64,000 nucleotides of DNA from Alphaproteobacteria bacterium. GTDB lineage: Bacteria > Pseudomonadota > Alphaproteobacteria > SHVR01. Made by a program: the position numbers and the translations under genes. Below are positions 17,780 through 27,292 of this stretch, one piece after another. Under the pieces are notes generated by a model, which was not told the DNA's origin, made no database searches, and saw only the letters and a list, made by a program, of their open reading frames with translations. The stretch lies in assembly GCA_009694185.1 (NCBI GenBank), contig SHVR01000002.1:1096-65095 (forward strand). Reading direction: 5' to 3'. Numbering within the stretch: the stretch's first letter is position 1; every line of letters starts with the position of its first letter.

Positions 17780-18706
17780 TCAGAGGTTGAGAATACGCAC
17801 CGGATGGAGACGGCCGCCTTCGAGACGGGCCAGCGCCACGGGCTTGTTGCCCGCCTTGGCGCAGACCATCGCCCCATCCGCGAGATCGCGGATACGGTCC
17901 AGATCCATGGTGCGAAATAGGTGCACCGCCTCGCCTGAGCGAAGGTGGGCAGCCTCACTGCCGGTGACGGCTAGCGCCGGGATGTCGGCCAGCGCGGTCT
18001 CCACCGGAAGCAGTTTATGGGCAACGCCGGTGTCTTCACCGGCGCCACCCAGAGTCTCGATCAAGATGGCGTCACATTCGCGAAACGCGCCGACGGCGGT
18101 TCGCCTGAGCACGGCGATATGCCCGCATGTGCCGAGCGCCCTGGCGAGGTCCCGCGCCAGGCTCCGCATATAGGCGCCCTTGCCGGCGACCACCTCGAAA
18201 TCGGCATGATCGCGGTCGACGATCGCCACCAGGTCGAAACGATGGATCGTCACCGGGCGCGCCGCGAGGATCGCCGGCCGATCGGCGCGCGCCAGGTCAT
18301 AGGCCCGCTCGCCCGCCACCTTGATGGCGGAATAAGCGGGCGGCACTTGGGCGATCACGCCCTGGAAGGCCCCTAGCGCCTGGCGGATGGCGGCCGCCTC
18401 GGGCCGGGCCTCGCATGTCTCGGAAACCGCGCCATCGGCATCGTCGGTTGCCCGCGCCTCTCCCCAGCGAACCCGGAATTGGTAGGTCTTCAGCCCATCC
18501 ATGGCGTAGGCGACAGTCTTGGTGGCCTCGCCAAAGGCGACCGGCAGCACGCCCGTCGCCAGCGGATCGAGTGTACCGGCATGACCCGCCTTGGCACCCT
18601 GGGTCAGGGCGCGCACCCGGTTGACGACGGCGGTCGAGGTCATGCCCGCCGGCTTGTCGACGATCAGCCAGCCGTTGAGCTTGGGCGCATTGCGTCTAGG
18701 ACGCAT
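17780..18706 (-). CDS. truB: tRNA pseudouridine(55) synthase
   Basis: Track ORF 17780..18763. I prefer ATG 18706 ([24 protein letters not shown]). The catalytic-Asp block [14 protein letters not shown] is present. The alternative start at 18763 cannot be excluded. Confidence 0.88.
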   Translation of the reverse strand: MRPRRNAPKLNGWLIVDKPAGMTSTAVVNRVRALTQGAKAGHAGTLDPLATGVLPVAFGEATKTVAYAMDGLKTYQFRVRWGEARATDDADGAVSETCEARPEAAAIRQALGAFQGVIAQVPPAYSAIKVAGERAYDLARADRPAILAARPVTIHRFDLVAIVDRDHADFEVVAGKGAYMRSLARDLARALGTCGHIAVLRRTAVGAFRECDAILIETLGGAGEDTGVAHKLLPVETALADIPALAVTGSEAAHLRSGEAVHLFRTMDLDRIRDLADGAMVCAKAGNKPVALARLEGGRLHPVRILNL

Positions 18707-19082
18707 CGGGACCGCCGCCGCCGACGCCGCGAAGAAGTTGCCGCACACGCTCGGCCTGCTCAAACGTCTCGTCCGCGAGGAAAGTCAAATCGGGCACGCG
18801 ACGGATCTCCACCATGGGCGCGATGCGCGCCCGCAAAAAAGGCCGGGCGCGGTTGAGTGCCGCGACCGCCTCGGCCATGTTCTCGCCGCCGAGCGGTACC
18901 ACATAGGCGCTCGCATGCTGGAGGTCCGGACTGACCTTGACCTCGGTCACGGTGATTGGTGTCGAGCGCAGCAGCGGCTCGCGCATCTCGCCCCGCGCCA
19001 GCACTTCGGCGAGCGCATGGCGCAGCAGTTCGCCGACGCGCCGCTGGCGTTGGCTGGCTGGCCGGGCGCGCTCCCGGCTCAC
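18696..19082 (-). CDS. rbfA: Ribosome-binding factor A
   Basis: Track ORF 18696..19202 trimmed to in-frame GTG 19082 (VSRERARPASQRQRRVGELLRHALAEVL..., typical of RbfA N-termini). This start is 25 nt after the infB stop. The longer form would overlap infB. Confidence 0.82.
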   Translation of the reverse strand: MSRERARPASQRQRRVGELLRHALAEVLARGEMREPLLRSTPITVTEVKVSPDLQHASAYVVPLGGENMAEAVAALNRARPFLRARIAPMVEIRRVPDLTFLADETFEQAERVRQLLRGVGGGGPDAS

Positions 19083-19107
19083 GCCCGCCACCGGGCCATG
19101 GGCGGGG

Positions 19108-21699
19108 TCAGATAGTGCGCGCAACCTGATCGGTCTCGTAGCATTCGATGACGTCGCCCACCCGGATGTCCTGGTACGTTTCAAACGACATGCCGCATTC
19201 ATAACCCTCGCGCACTTCGCGCACCTCGTCCTTGAAATGCTTGAGCGTCGAGAGCTTGCCTTCGTGGATCACCACATTGTCGCGCAACAGGCGCACGCCC
19301 GCGCCGCGCTTGACGATGCCATCGGTGACCCGGCAGCCGGCGACCTTGCCGACCTTGGTGATCGTGAACACCTCGCGGATATCGGCCGTGCCGATCTGGC
19401 GTTCGCGCACCGTGGGCGACAACAGCCCGCTCATCGCGGCCCGCATGTCATCCACCAGCTCGTAGATGATCGAGTAGTAGCGGATGTCGGTTCCATCGCG
19501 CCGCGCGAGCTCGCGCGCCTGGGGATTGGCGCGGACGTTGAAGCCGATGACGAACGCATTCGATGCGCTGGCCAAAGTCACGTCGGATTCGTTGATGCCG
19601 CCGACGCCCGCATGCAACATCTGGACGCGCACCTCATCCGTGCCGAGCTTGTCGAGTGCCCCCACGATCGCCTCGACCGAGCCCTGGACATCGGCCTTGA
19701 TGACCACCGGCAGATCATGGCTCACACCGGTCGCGATCCTGGAGAGCATCTGCTCGACCGTGCCGCGCGTGCCCGCGGCGGCGCGCGTGCGCCGGTCCTG
19801 GCGCTGGCGGAATTCGCTGATCTCGCGTGCCTTGGCCTCGTTCTCGACCACCACCATCTCGTCACCCGCCAGCGGCGCGTTGTTGAGACCGAGAACCTCG
19901 ACCGGCATGCTGGGACCGGCCTCGGCGATGTTATGGCCATGTTCGTCAAGGATGGCCCTGACGCGGCCCCATTCGCCGCCGGCGACGATCACGTCGCCGA
20001 CCCGGAGCGTGCCGCGCTGCACGAGGACGGTCGCCACGGCACCGCGGCCGCGCTCGAGTTTCGCCTCGACGATCGTGCCCTGGCCTGGCCGGTTCGGATT
20101 GGCCCCGAGCTCGAGCAGTTCGGACTGCAGTTGGATCGTCTCCAGGAGCTTGTCGATATTGGTCTTCTTGACCGCCGACACCTCGACGGCGAGCACGTCG
20201 CCGCCCAGGTCCTCGGTCACCAGGCTGTGCTGCAACAGGTCGGTCCGGACGCGCTGCGCGTTGGCCTCGGGCCGGTCGATCTTGTTGATCGCGATGATGA
20301 TTGGCACCTTGGCCGCCTTGGCGTGATTGATCGCCTCGATGGTCTGCGGCTGCACGCTGTCGTCCGCCGCCACCACGAGGATGACGATATCGGTGACCTT
20401 GGCGCCGCGCGCGCGCATGGCCGAGAACGCCTCATGGCCGGGCGTGTCGAGGAAGGTGATTCGCTCGCCCGACGGCAGCGCAACCTGATAGGCGCCGATA
20501 TGCTGGGTGATGCCGCCGGCTTCGTGGGCCGCGACAGTGGTCTGGCGGATCGCATCCAGAAGCGACGTCTTGCCATGATCGACATGCCCCATGACGGTGA
20601 CCACGGGCGGGCGCGGGCGCATCTCCTCCGGCCGATCGACGTCGCCGCGAATGCCGACCTCCACATCGGACTCGGCCACGCGGCGCATCTTGTGACCGAA
20701 CTCGTTCACCAGCAGCTCCGCCGTGTCCGGGTCGACCACCTGGGTGATCGTCGCCATGACACCCATTTTCATGAGTGCCTTGATGACGTCAGCGCCGCGC
20801 GCGGCCATGCGGTTGGCGAGCTCGCCGACCGTGATCGATTCCGGGATGACTACTTCTCGCACAACCTTCTGCGGTCCGTTGCTCGCATCCTTCTGCCGCT
20901 GGCGTTCGCGTTCGCGGGCGCGGCGCATGGCGGCGAGGCTGCGCACCCGCATTTCTTCGACTTCGGCACCGAGAGCCTGGGTAACCGTGATCTTGGCCGA
21001 CCGGCGCCGGGGCTCGTCGCGCCGGGTCGGGCTGCCCGGACGCTTCGCCTGCTCGGCGCGCGCGCCGCGATGGCCGCGTTCGTCGGCGTCCGTATCCGCG
21101 ACCGCCGCACCCGGTTGTGGCGCCCGGGCGACCATAACCCCATCCGGTCGCGAGGGCGCGGTCTCGGGATGCTTTGCCGCCTCCTGCTCCCGCAGGCGCG
21201 CCGCCTCCTCGGCCCGGCGATGGGCTTCCTCACCGGCCTTGCGCTGCTCTTCGGTCTCGGCGGCGCGCAGCGCCGCGATCTCGATTTCCTCCGGCGACTT
21301 GACCGGCTCCGGCTCGGCAGGCTCGGGCTCGGGCCGCGAAACAACCGTCTCCGACTCCACGGTCTCCGGCTCGGTGGGAAGCGGATGATCGAATGCCTCC
21401 GGCGGGCGCGCCTTCAGCGCCCGCTCGCGCGCCGCCCGTTCCTCCTTCGACAGCCGGCTGATGGCGCGCTCGTCCCCGAGCGGCGGCTGCAACTTGGCCT
21501 CGGCCTCGATATGGACCATTTGGCCGGCGGCATCCTGGGTAAAGGTGCGCTTGCGCTTCACCTCCACGGTCACGGTCTTGGAGCGACCATGCGAGAAACT
21601 TTGCCGTACCTGGCCGCTCTCGACCGTCTTCTTGAGTTCGAGCCGCCCGGGACGCGCAAGGGTCAGCTTCGGCTGTTCCGTCTCCGTCGTCTTCGTCAT
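19108..21699 (-). CDS. infB: Translation initiation factor IF-2
   Basis: Track ORF 19108..21747 trimmed to ATG 21699 ([24 protein letters not shown]...), which forms an ATGA overlap with the upstream gene's stop. G-domain motifs [17 protein letters not shown] and NKID are present. Length 863 aa. Confidence 0.95.
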   Translation of the reverse strand: MTKTTETEQPKLTLARPGRLELKKTVESGQVRQSFSHGRSKTVTVEVKRKRTFTQDAAGQMVHIEAEAKLQPPLGDERAISRLSKEERAARERALKARPPEAFDHPLPTEPETVESETVVSRPEPEPAEPEPVKSPEEIEIAALRAAETEEQRKAGEEAHRRAEEAARLREQEAAKHPETAPSRPDGVMVARAPQPGAAVADTDADERGHRGARAEQAKRPGSPTRRDEPRRRSAKITVTQALGAEVEEMRVRSLAAMRRARERERQRQKDASNGPQKVVREVVIPESITVGELANRMAARGADVIKALMKMGVMATITQVVDPDTAELLVNEFGHKMRRVAESDVEVGIRGDVDRPEEMRPRPPVVTVMGHVDHGKTSLLDAIRQTTVAAHEAGGITQHIGAYQVALPSGERITFLDTPGHEAFSAMRARGAKVTDIVILVVAADDSVQPQTIEAINHAKAAKVPIIIAINKIDRPEANAQRVRTDLLQHSLVTEDLGGDVLAVEVSAVKKTNIDKLLETIQLQSELLELGANPNRPGQGTIVEAKLERGRGAVATVLVQRGTLRVGDVIVAGGEWGRVRAILDEHGHNIAEAGPSMPVEVLGLNNAPLAGDEMVVVENEAKAREISEFRQRQDRRTRAAAGTRGTVEQMLSRIATGVSHDLPVVIKADVQGSVEAIVGALDKLGTDEVRVQMLHAGVGGINESDVTLASASNAFVIGFNVRANPQARELARRDGTDIRYYSIIYELVDDMRAAMSGLLSPTVRERQIGTADIREVFTITKVGKVAGCRVTDGIVKRGAGVRLLRDNVVIHEGKLSTLKHFKDEVREVREGYECGMSFETYQDIRVGDVIECYETDQVARTI

Positions 21700-22373
21700 G
21701 CCTTGCTTATCCCCGACCTTGCTCCAACCCCGCCCCTGACACCCCAAAGGCGCCCTGCCTCGGCCGCCAGACGCTTGGCGAGCCGTCCGGGCGCCACGCC
21801 CACATGCACCGCGTGGGACATGCCGAACACCGCACCCAGTTCCGCCGCCGTGAAGAGGTCGATCGCCGCAATGGCGGACCGACCCCCCGCAATCCCGCGG
21901 CGGGCGACCGGCGCGCCGTCGCTCGCCTCGATCAGCAGCGCCACCTGGCCGCGCGCCTTGGCCGCGCGCACCCGCTCAAAGCCCGCCACCGCCTGGCCGG
22001 CGCGGCGTGCCATGCCCATCAGGCCGAGACAGCTATCGGCCAGCCCCTTCTCGACCCGTGTCAGCAGGTCGTCCGGCACGCGGATCGACGCCTTCGCGGC
22101 CCGGGCGAACAAATGGCGTTCGACGGCCCGCCGCAGCATTGCCTGGTCCGCCTTCACCCAAAGGCCGCGTCCCGGCAGGCGCTCGGCCAGGTCCGGGACC
22201 AGTGTCGCGCCGGGGCCGACGACGAAACGGATGAGCGCGTCCCGGTCGCCCACGGCGCCGCTCGCTATACATCGCCGCTCGGGGTCATGGCGCTCGGCGT
22301 CGTGCCGCCCGGCCCTGCCGCGTTGCCGGTCCACCCGGGCATCGGTAGCGAAAGTCATGTGCATGCGCGTCAA
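21696..22373 (-). CDS. YlxR/DUF448 RNA-binding protein fused to an L7Ae/YlxQ-like domain
   Basis: 225-aa ORF between nusA and infB. A YlxR block ([22 protein letters not shown]...LPGRGLWV) is followed by an L7Ae-like half ([16 protein letters not shown]...). The first codon at 22373 is TTG (TTGA overlap with the nusA stop). ATG alternatives lie at 22364 and 22358. Confidence 0.75.
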   Translation of the reverse strand: MTRMHMTFATDARVDRQRGRAGRHDAERHDPERRCIASGAVGDRDALIRFVVGPGATLVPDLAERLPGRGLWVKADQAMLRRAVERHLFARAAKASIRVPDDLLTRVEKGLADSCLGLMGMARRAGQAVAGFERVRAAKARGQVALLIEASDGAPVARRGIAGGRSAIAAIDLFTAAELGAVFGMSHAVHVGVAPGRLAKRLAAEAGRLWGVRGGVGARSGISKA

Positions 22374-23977
22374 GCGTGTCCCGTCGCCTTGGCGGCCGGC
22401 TCGCCCTGGTCGGCAAACCAGTGCGCGCGCGCCGCCATGATGATCGTGTTTGCCGCGTCCTCGTCGAGCGGGCTTGCGATCAAGACCTTGCGCAAGGCGG
22501 CCTCGTCAAGCGATCCCATGTCCTCGAGCGACTTAGCCTCGCGGTGGGGAATGACCAGGAAGCGCAATTCCTCACCCGCGAGATCGGCCAGATCGTCGAG
22601 CGTCTTCACGCCCTGCTCGCCGAGTGCGACTACCATGGCGGGCGTCAGGCCGCCGACCGCGACCAGTTCGTCGCTCACGCCCAACTCGAGCCGGCGATTG
22701 GCGAGCCGCTCGTTCTCATGCTGCAAGAAATCCTGTGCTCGGCGCCGCAATTCGTCGGCGAGGTCTTCGTCGAATCCTTCGATGTCGATCAGCTCCGCGC
22801 GCGGCACGAAGGCCACGTCCTCGACCGAAGCAAAGCCCTCAGTCACCAATAGATGGGCGATCACATCGTCAATATCAAGCGCATCGACGAACATCTGCGA
22901 GCGCGAGCGGAACTCTTCCTGGCGCCGCTCCGACTCCTCGCTTTCGGTCATGATATCGATCGACCAGCCGGTAAGTTGCGATGCCAGCCGAACATTTTGG
23001 CCCCGGCGGCCGATCGCCAGGCTCAGTTGCTCGTCGGGGACCACGACGTCGATGCGATGGTCGTCCTCGTCGATCACAACTTTCGCGACTTCCGCCGGGG
23101 CCAGCGCGTTGACGACGAATGTCGCCGGATCCTGGGACCAAGGGATGATGTCGATCTTTTCGCCCTGCAATTCCGCGACGACGGCCTGGACGCGGCTGCC
23201 CCGCATCCCGACGCAAGCGCCCACCGGGTCGATACTCGAATCATTGGACATCACGGCGATCTTGGCCCGGCTGCCGGGATCGCGCGCCGCCGCCCTGATT
23301 TCGATGATGCCGTCATAGACTTCGGGCACTTCCTGGGCGAAGAGCTTCATCAAGAATTCCGGCCGCGTCCGCGACAGCGAGATTTGCGGACCGCGCGACT
23401 CCTCGCGAACTTCGTAGATATAGGCGCGCACCCGCTCGTTGCGACGGAAATGCTCGCGTGGCAAGGTCTCGTCCCGGCGTAGCACCGCCTCGGCGCGGCT
23501 CAAATCGACGATGACGTTGCCGAACTCCTGGCGCTTCACCAAGCCGTTCACGATCTCGCCAACCCGGTCGACATATTCCTTGTACTGCCGCTGACGCTCC
23601 GCGTCGCGCACGCGCTGGACGAGCACCTGTTTCGCGGTCTGGGCGGCGATGCGGCCAAAGTCGATCGGCGGCAAGCTGTCCTCGAGGACGTCGCCCACGC
23701 CGGCGTCGGGCTTGATGCGCCGGGCGCCCTCGACCGTCAGTTGGGTCGTCTCGTTCTCCACCGCCTCGACGACCTCGCGGAAACGGGCGAGATGCACGTC
23801 GCCCGTCTTGCGGTCGATCGCCGCGCGAATATCGTGCTCATGGCCATATTTCGAGCGCCCGGCCTTCTGGATCGCCTGCTCCATGGCTTCCAAGACTTCT
23901 TCGCGGTCGATCCCCTTTTCACGCGCCACGCTCTCGGCAACTTGCAGGAGTTCGGGACCTTGGAGCTGTAGAACCAT
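22370..23977 (-). CDS. nusA: Transcription termination/antitermination factor NusA
   Basis: 535-aa ORF with N-terminus ELLQVAESVAREKGIDREEVLEAMEQAI. S1 and KH domains and C-terminal acidic repeats are present. It is flanked by rimP and infB. Confidence 0.95.
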   Translation of the reverse strand: MVLQLQGPELLQVAESVAREKGIDREEVLEAMEQAIQKAGRSKYGHEHDIRAAIDRKTGDVHLARFREVVEAVENETTQLTVEGARRIKPDAGVGDVLEDSLPPIDFGRIAAQTAKQVLVQRVRDAERQRQYKEYVDRVGEIVNGLVKRQEFGNVIVDLSRAEAVLRRDETLPREHFRRNERVRAYIYEVREESRGPQISLSRTRPEFLMKLFAQEVPEVYDGIIEIRAAARDPGSRAKIAVMSNDSSIDPVGACVGMRGSRVQAVVAELQGEKIDIIPWSQDPATFVVNALAPAEVAKVVIDEDDHRIDVVVPDEQLSLAIGRRGQNVRLASQLTGWSIDIMTESEESERRQEEFRSRSQMFVDALDIDDVIAHLLVTEGFASVEDVAFVPRAELIDIEGFDEDLADELRRRAQDFLQHENERLANRRLELGVSDELVAVGGLTPAMVVALGEQGVKTLDDLADLAGEELRFLVIPHREAKSLEDMGSLDEAALRKVLIASPLDEDAANTIIMAARAHWFADQGEPAAKATGHA

Positions 23978-23993
23978 CGCGGGGTCATCTCCA

Positions 23994-24479
23994 CTAATGT
24001 CGCGTGCCGGCGGCAGCCAGCAGTTCGTCCGTCAGCACAAGCTTGGCGTTCTGGATCGCCTCGAACGGCAGGCTGAGTTCGCCGTCACCGAGCCTGAGCG
24101 ATACTTGGTCGCCCTGGATCCCGACAATTCGGCCGCGTAAGCGCCGCCGCTCGCCGATCGGCCGCGTCAACTCGACCCTGGCTTCAAACCCGGCGAAGCG
24201 CACATAGTCCTCGCGCCGGGTCAGCGGCCGGTCGATACCCGGCGAGGAAACTTCCAACACATAGGTGCCGGCAATCGGATCGGCGACGTCCAGGAGTGCC
24301 GAGACGGCGCGACTGATCTCGGCACAGTCGTCCACCGTCATGGCGCGCCGGTCCTTGCGCTCGACCATGACCTGAAGCACGAGTTGTCCGCGACCGCCCT
24401 GGCGGATGCGCACGATCTCGTAGCCCATGCCGTCTATCGCGGGCCCGATCAAGGTTTCGATAGTTCGCTCCTTGTCCAT
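23994..24479 (-). CDS. rimP: Ribosome maturation factor RimP
   Basis: Track ORF 23994..24776 trimmed to ATG 24479 (MDKERTIETLIGPAIDGMGYEIVRIR...VLEVSSPGIDRPL), giving 161 aa. The removed 5' part spans the trmB terminator. Confidence 0.85.
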   Translation of the reverse strand: MDKERTIETLIGPAIDGMGYEIVRIRQGGRGQLVLQVMVERKDRRAMTVDDCAEISRAVSALLDVADPIAGTYVLEVSSPGIDRPLTRREDYVRFAGFEARVELTRPIGERRRLRGRIVGIQGDQVSLRLGDGELSLPFEAIQNAKLVLTDELLAAAGTRH

Positions 24480-24572
24480 GCCTTGCGCCGCCGCCTCGGG
24501 CGCCGGGGCGGGCTCCCGCCACCGGGTCCGCCCAGGCCCACCGACCCAAAACCTGACGTGGGGCACGCCCGA

Positions 24573-24598
24573 CAACAAAAGGTGGGCATACGCCCACC
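24573..24598 (-). terminator. Rho-independent terminator downstream of trmB
   Basis: 7-bp stem ggtgggc/gcccacc with a 4-nt loop at 24581..24598. On the minus strand it is followed by UUUUGUUG (24580..24573). It lies 70 nt past the trmB stop and upstream of rimP. Confidence 0.65.
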
Positions 24599-24667
24599 CC
24601 ATTTCACCGGTCCGTGGTCTGAGGTTGATGTAACTCTGTCGCGAATATAGCCGGTTAAGCCACCGCT

Positions 24668-25390
24668 TCAAGCAGTTTCGTGGGCGGAGCCCGGAACCCG
24701 CCGGCGCTCGAAGCTGAGATAATTGGGTGGCCGGCCCGCCTTGACGGCCTTGGCCTCGTAACGGGTTTGCGGCCAATCCAGGGGGCGCGAGCGCCAGTCC
24801 GAGGGCCGCTCGGCCAGCCAGAAAAAGTCCGGATGGGACAAGGTTTCGACCAGGATCCAGCGCAGATAGTCGACATCGTCCGTGGCGATCCTGAGTTCCG
24901 CCCCGGGGCGCATCGCCCGTGCCAGCCCATCGAGCGTCGACCGGCTGACGAGGCGGCGCTTGTGATGGCGCGCCTTGGGCCAGGGGTCGGGGAACAGGAT
25001 GAAGACTCGACCAAGACTGGCGGGCGTCAAGGATGCAATCAATGGGCGTGCGTCGTCGGGAAGGATGCGGACGCGTCCCGACCGTTCGCCCGCCAGTCGC
25101 GACAGTAGATGGGCGACGCCGTTGAGGTAGGGTTCGCAGCCGATCAGGCCGACCCCGGGATGGGCCGAGAGCTGAGCCTCCAGATGCTCGCCCGACCCGA
25201 AGCCAATTTCCAACCAGACATCCGCAACAGGCTCATCGAACCAGCTTCCAGGGTCAATCAGGCCCGAGCTTTCGAGGACGATCAGCCTCTCCGGCAGGGC
25301 CACCGCCAGCAGCCGGGCCATGCCCGGACGCAGCGCCCGGCCGCGCCGGCGGCCATAGAGCTTGGTGTGAAAACCCCATGTGGCGGGCAT
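24668..25390 (-). CDS. trmB: tRNA (guanine46-N7)-methyltransferase
   Basis: 240-aa ORF with ATG 25390. The SAM-binding block VWLEIGFGSGEHL and the blocks FILFPDPWPK.RHHKRR are typical of TrmB. Confidence 0.9.
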   Translation of the reverse strand: MPATWGFHTKLYGRRRGRALRPGMARLLAVALPERLIVLESSGLIDPGSWFDEPVADVWLEIGFGSGEHLEAQLSAHPGVGLIGCEPYLNGVAHLLSRLAGERSGRVRILPDDARPLIASLTPASLGRVFILFPDPWPKARHHKRRLVSRSTLDGLARAMRPGAELRIATDDVDYLRWILVETLSHPDFFWLAERPSDWRSRPLDWPQTRYEAKAVKAGRPPNYLSFERRRVPGSAHETA

Positions 25391-25407
25391 CGATCCCGCC
25401 CCCGGGG

Positions 25408-26577
25408 TCAGGACATGGCCGCCTTGAGGGCCTCCACGAGGTCGGTGCGTTCCCAGGAAAAGCCGCCATCGGGATCGGGATCGCGGCCGAAATGGCCGTA
25501 GGCGGCGGTGCGCTCATAGATTGGCCGGCTCAGCTTGAGATGCTCGCGGATGCCGCGCGGTGACAGATCCATGATCTGGGGCACGACCCGCGCGAGCTTC
25601 GCCTCGTCCACATGGGCCGTGCCATAGGTTTCGACGTAGACCGAGAGCGGCTTGGCAACGCCGATGGCATAGGCCACCTGGATGGTACAGCGGTCGGCAA
25701 GGCCGGCGGCCACGACGTTCTTCGCCACATAGCGCGCGGCATAGGCGGCCGACCGGTCGACCTTGGTCGGATCCTTGCCGGAAAAGGCGCCACCACCATG
25801 GGGCGAAGCACCGCCATAGGTATCGACGATGATCTTGCGCCCCGTGACACCCGTGTCGCCGTCGGGCCCGCCAATCACGAAACGGCCCGTTGGGTTCACA
25901 TAGAACTCGTCCTCGCCGCACATCCAGGCTTCGGGCAACACGTTCACCACATGCGGGCGGACGATCTCGCGCACCTGCTTCTGCTCCAGATGGGCGTCAT
26001 GCTGAGTCGAGACCACGATCGAGGCCGCGCGAACCGGGACGCCATTGCGATATTCGAGCGTCACCTGGCTCTTCGAATCCGGGCCGATACCGGGTGCGGC
26101 GCCAGAATGGCGCGCCTCGGCGAGCGAGCGCAGGATGGCGTGCGCGTAATAAATGGGCGCCGGCATCAATACCGGCGTCTCGCGGCAGGCGTAGCCGAAC
26201 ATCAAGCCCTGGTCGCCGGCGCCCTCATCCTTGTTGCCGGTGGCATCCACGCCCATGGCGATGTCGGACGACTGGGAATGGACGTAGATCTGCACCCGCG
26301 CCTTCTTCCAGTGGAACCCCTCCTGCTCGTAGCCGATGTCGCGCACGCACTGCCGCGCCACGTCTTCGAGACGTTCCGGGGTGATCGAGGCGGGACCGCG
26401 AACCTCGCCCGCCAGCACGATCCGGTTGGTGGTGACCAGTGTTTCGACGGCGACACGGGCGTTCGGCTGGGCGGTGAGATAGGTATCGACGATGGCGTCG
26501 GAAATTCGATCGCAAATCTTGTCGGGATGGCCTTCCGACACGGATTCGCTGGTGAACAGATAGTCTTTCAGTGTCAC
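25408..26577 (-). CDS. metK: S-adenosylmethionine synthetase
   Basis: Motifs [33 protein letters not shown] and [14 protein letters not shown] are present. The track start at 26622 is a TTG. I prefer GTG 26577 ([13 protein letters not shown]), which has a G-rich SD ending 6 nt upstream. The start is not certain. Confidence 0.93.
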   Translation of the reverse strand: MTLKDYLFTSESVSEGHPDKICDRISDAIVDTYLTAQPNARVAVETLVTTNRIVLAGEVRGPASITPERLEDVARQCVRDIGYEQEGFHWKKARVQIYVHSQSSDIAMGVDATGNKDEGAGDQGLMFGYACRETPVLMPAPIYYAHAILRSLAEARHSGAAPGIGPDSKSQVTLEYRNGVPVRAASIVVSTQHDAHLEQKQVREIVRPHVVNVLPEAWMCGEDEFYVNPTGRFVIGGPDGDTGVTGRKIIVDTYGGASPHGGGAFSGKDPTKVDRSAAYAARYVAKNVVAAGLADRCTIQVAYAIGVAKPLSVYVETYGTAHVDEAKLARVVPQIMDLSPRGIREHLKLSRPIYERTAAYGHFGRDPDPDGGFSWERTDLVEALKAAMS

Positions 26578-26677
26578 GCTTGCCCCCCCGAACGACGGCC
26601 CCGGAGGCCGCCCTAAAGCCAAGGAAAACAGCCGCGCGGGCGACCACGCGCACTTGTGCAGGCCCCGGTCGATGACG

Positions 26678-26747
26678 TCAAGCGGCTTCGCCGCCCGGGG
26701 TCAAGCGGCTTCGCCGCCCGGGGGTCAAGCAGCTTGGCCGACCCGCA
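26678..26747. repeat. Three tandem 23-24 nt direct repeats in the regulator-metK intergenic region
   Basis: tcaagcggcttcgccgcccgggg (26678..26700), tcaagcggcttcgccgcccggggg (26701..26724) and the degenerate tcaagcagcttggccgacccgca (26725..26747). Each full copy holds a gcggc-ttc-gccgc mini-hairpin. On the metK strand each copy ends in CTTGAC. Confidence 0.9.
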
Positions 26748-26765
26748 ACCCTGCCGCGCCGCCCG

Positions 26766-27221
26766 CTATTCCTCGGCCGCTTCGCCGCCGTGACCCAGGG
26801 ACTTGATCAGGTCGAGCAGCCGGCGCCGGACCGCGGGGTCGCTGATCGCGTAATAGGCCCGCGCCAACACCAGTGTCTCACGCTTCGACATGGTATCGGC
26901 CTCATAGGTGCCCGCCGCCTCGGACATGCCGGTGCCGCCAGCCCCGCCTCGGACAACCTCCGGTGCGCCCTCGAAGAAATAGGCGATCGGAACGTCCAAG
27001 ACCCGACTGAGTTCGAAGAGGCGGCCAGCGCCGACGCGGTTCGCGCCGCGCTCGTACTTCTGCACCTGCTGAAATGTCAAATCCAGGGCTTCGCCCAACT
27101 TCTCCTGGCTCATGCCAAGCAGCGTACGCCGCTGCCGGATACGGGCGCCGACGAACACATCCACCGCATTCGGGCCGCCGCGGGTCTTCCGCGGCTTAAC
27201 TTTTTCAGCCTGATACTCCAC
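26766..27221 (-). CDS. XRE-family helix-turn-helix transcriptional regulator
   Basis: 151-aa ORF with GTG 27221 preceded by GGGAGGAGAG. The HTH block is RIRQRRTLLGMSQEKLGEALDLTFQQVQKYERGANRV. It sits between lnt and metK. Confidence 0.8.
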   Translation of the reverse strand: MEYQAEKVKPRKTRGGPNAVDVFVGARIRQRRTLLGMSQEKLGEALDLTFQQVQKYERGANRVGAGRLFELSRVLDVPIAYFFEGAPEVVRGGAGGTGMSEAAGTYEADTMSKRETLVLARAYYAISDPAVRRRLLDLIKSLGHGGEAAEE

Positions 27222-27292
27222 GCTCTCTCCTCCCGACCAGTTGGCGCCGATGACTCGGAAATTCGTTCAAGTTCCGCGATAAATACCGTACC

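Noticed and set aside
26578-26677. Possible SAM-responsive riboswitch (SAM-II, SAM-V or SAM/SAH type) in the metK leader.
   Set aside because: I could not recognise the conserved pseudoknot core motifs of these classes as I remember them (for example the AAAGC-type 3' element) in either candidate leader. A covariance-model scan (Rfam SAM-II, SAM-V, SAM-SAH) would be decisive. Without it, the claim is unsupported.
26678-26747. Tandem repeats considered as a mini-CRISPR array.
   Set aside because: The copies abut one another with no spacers, there are only three, and no cas genes are in the window.
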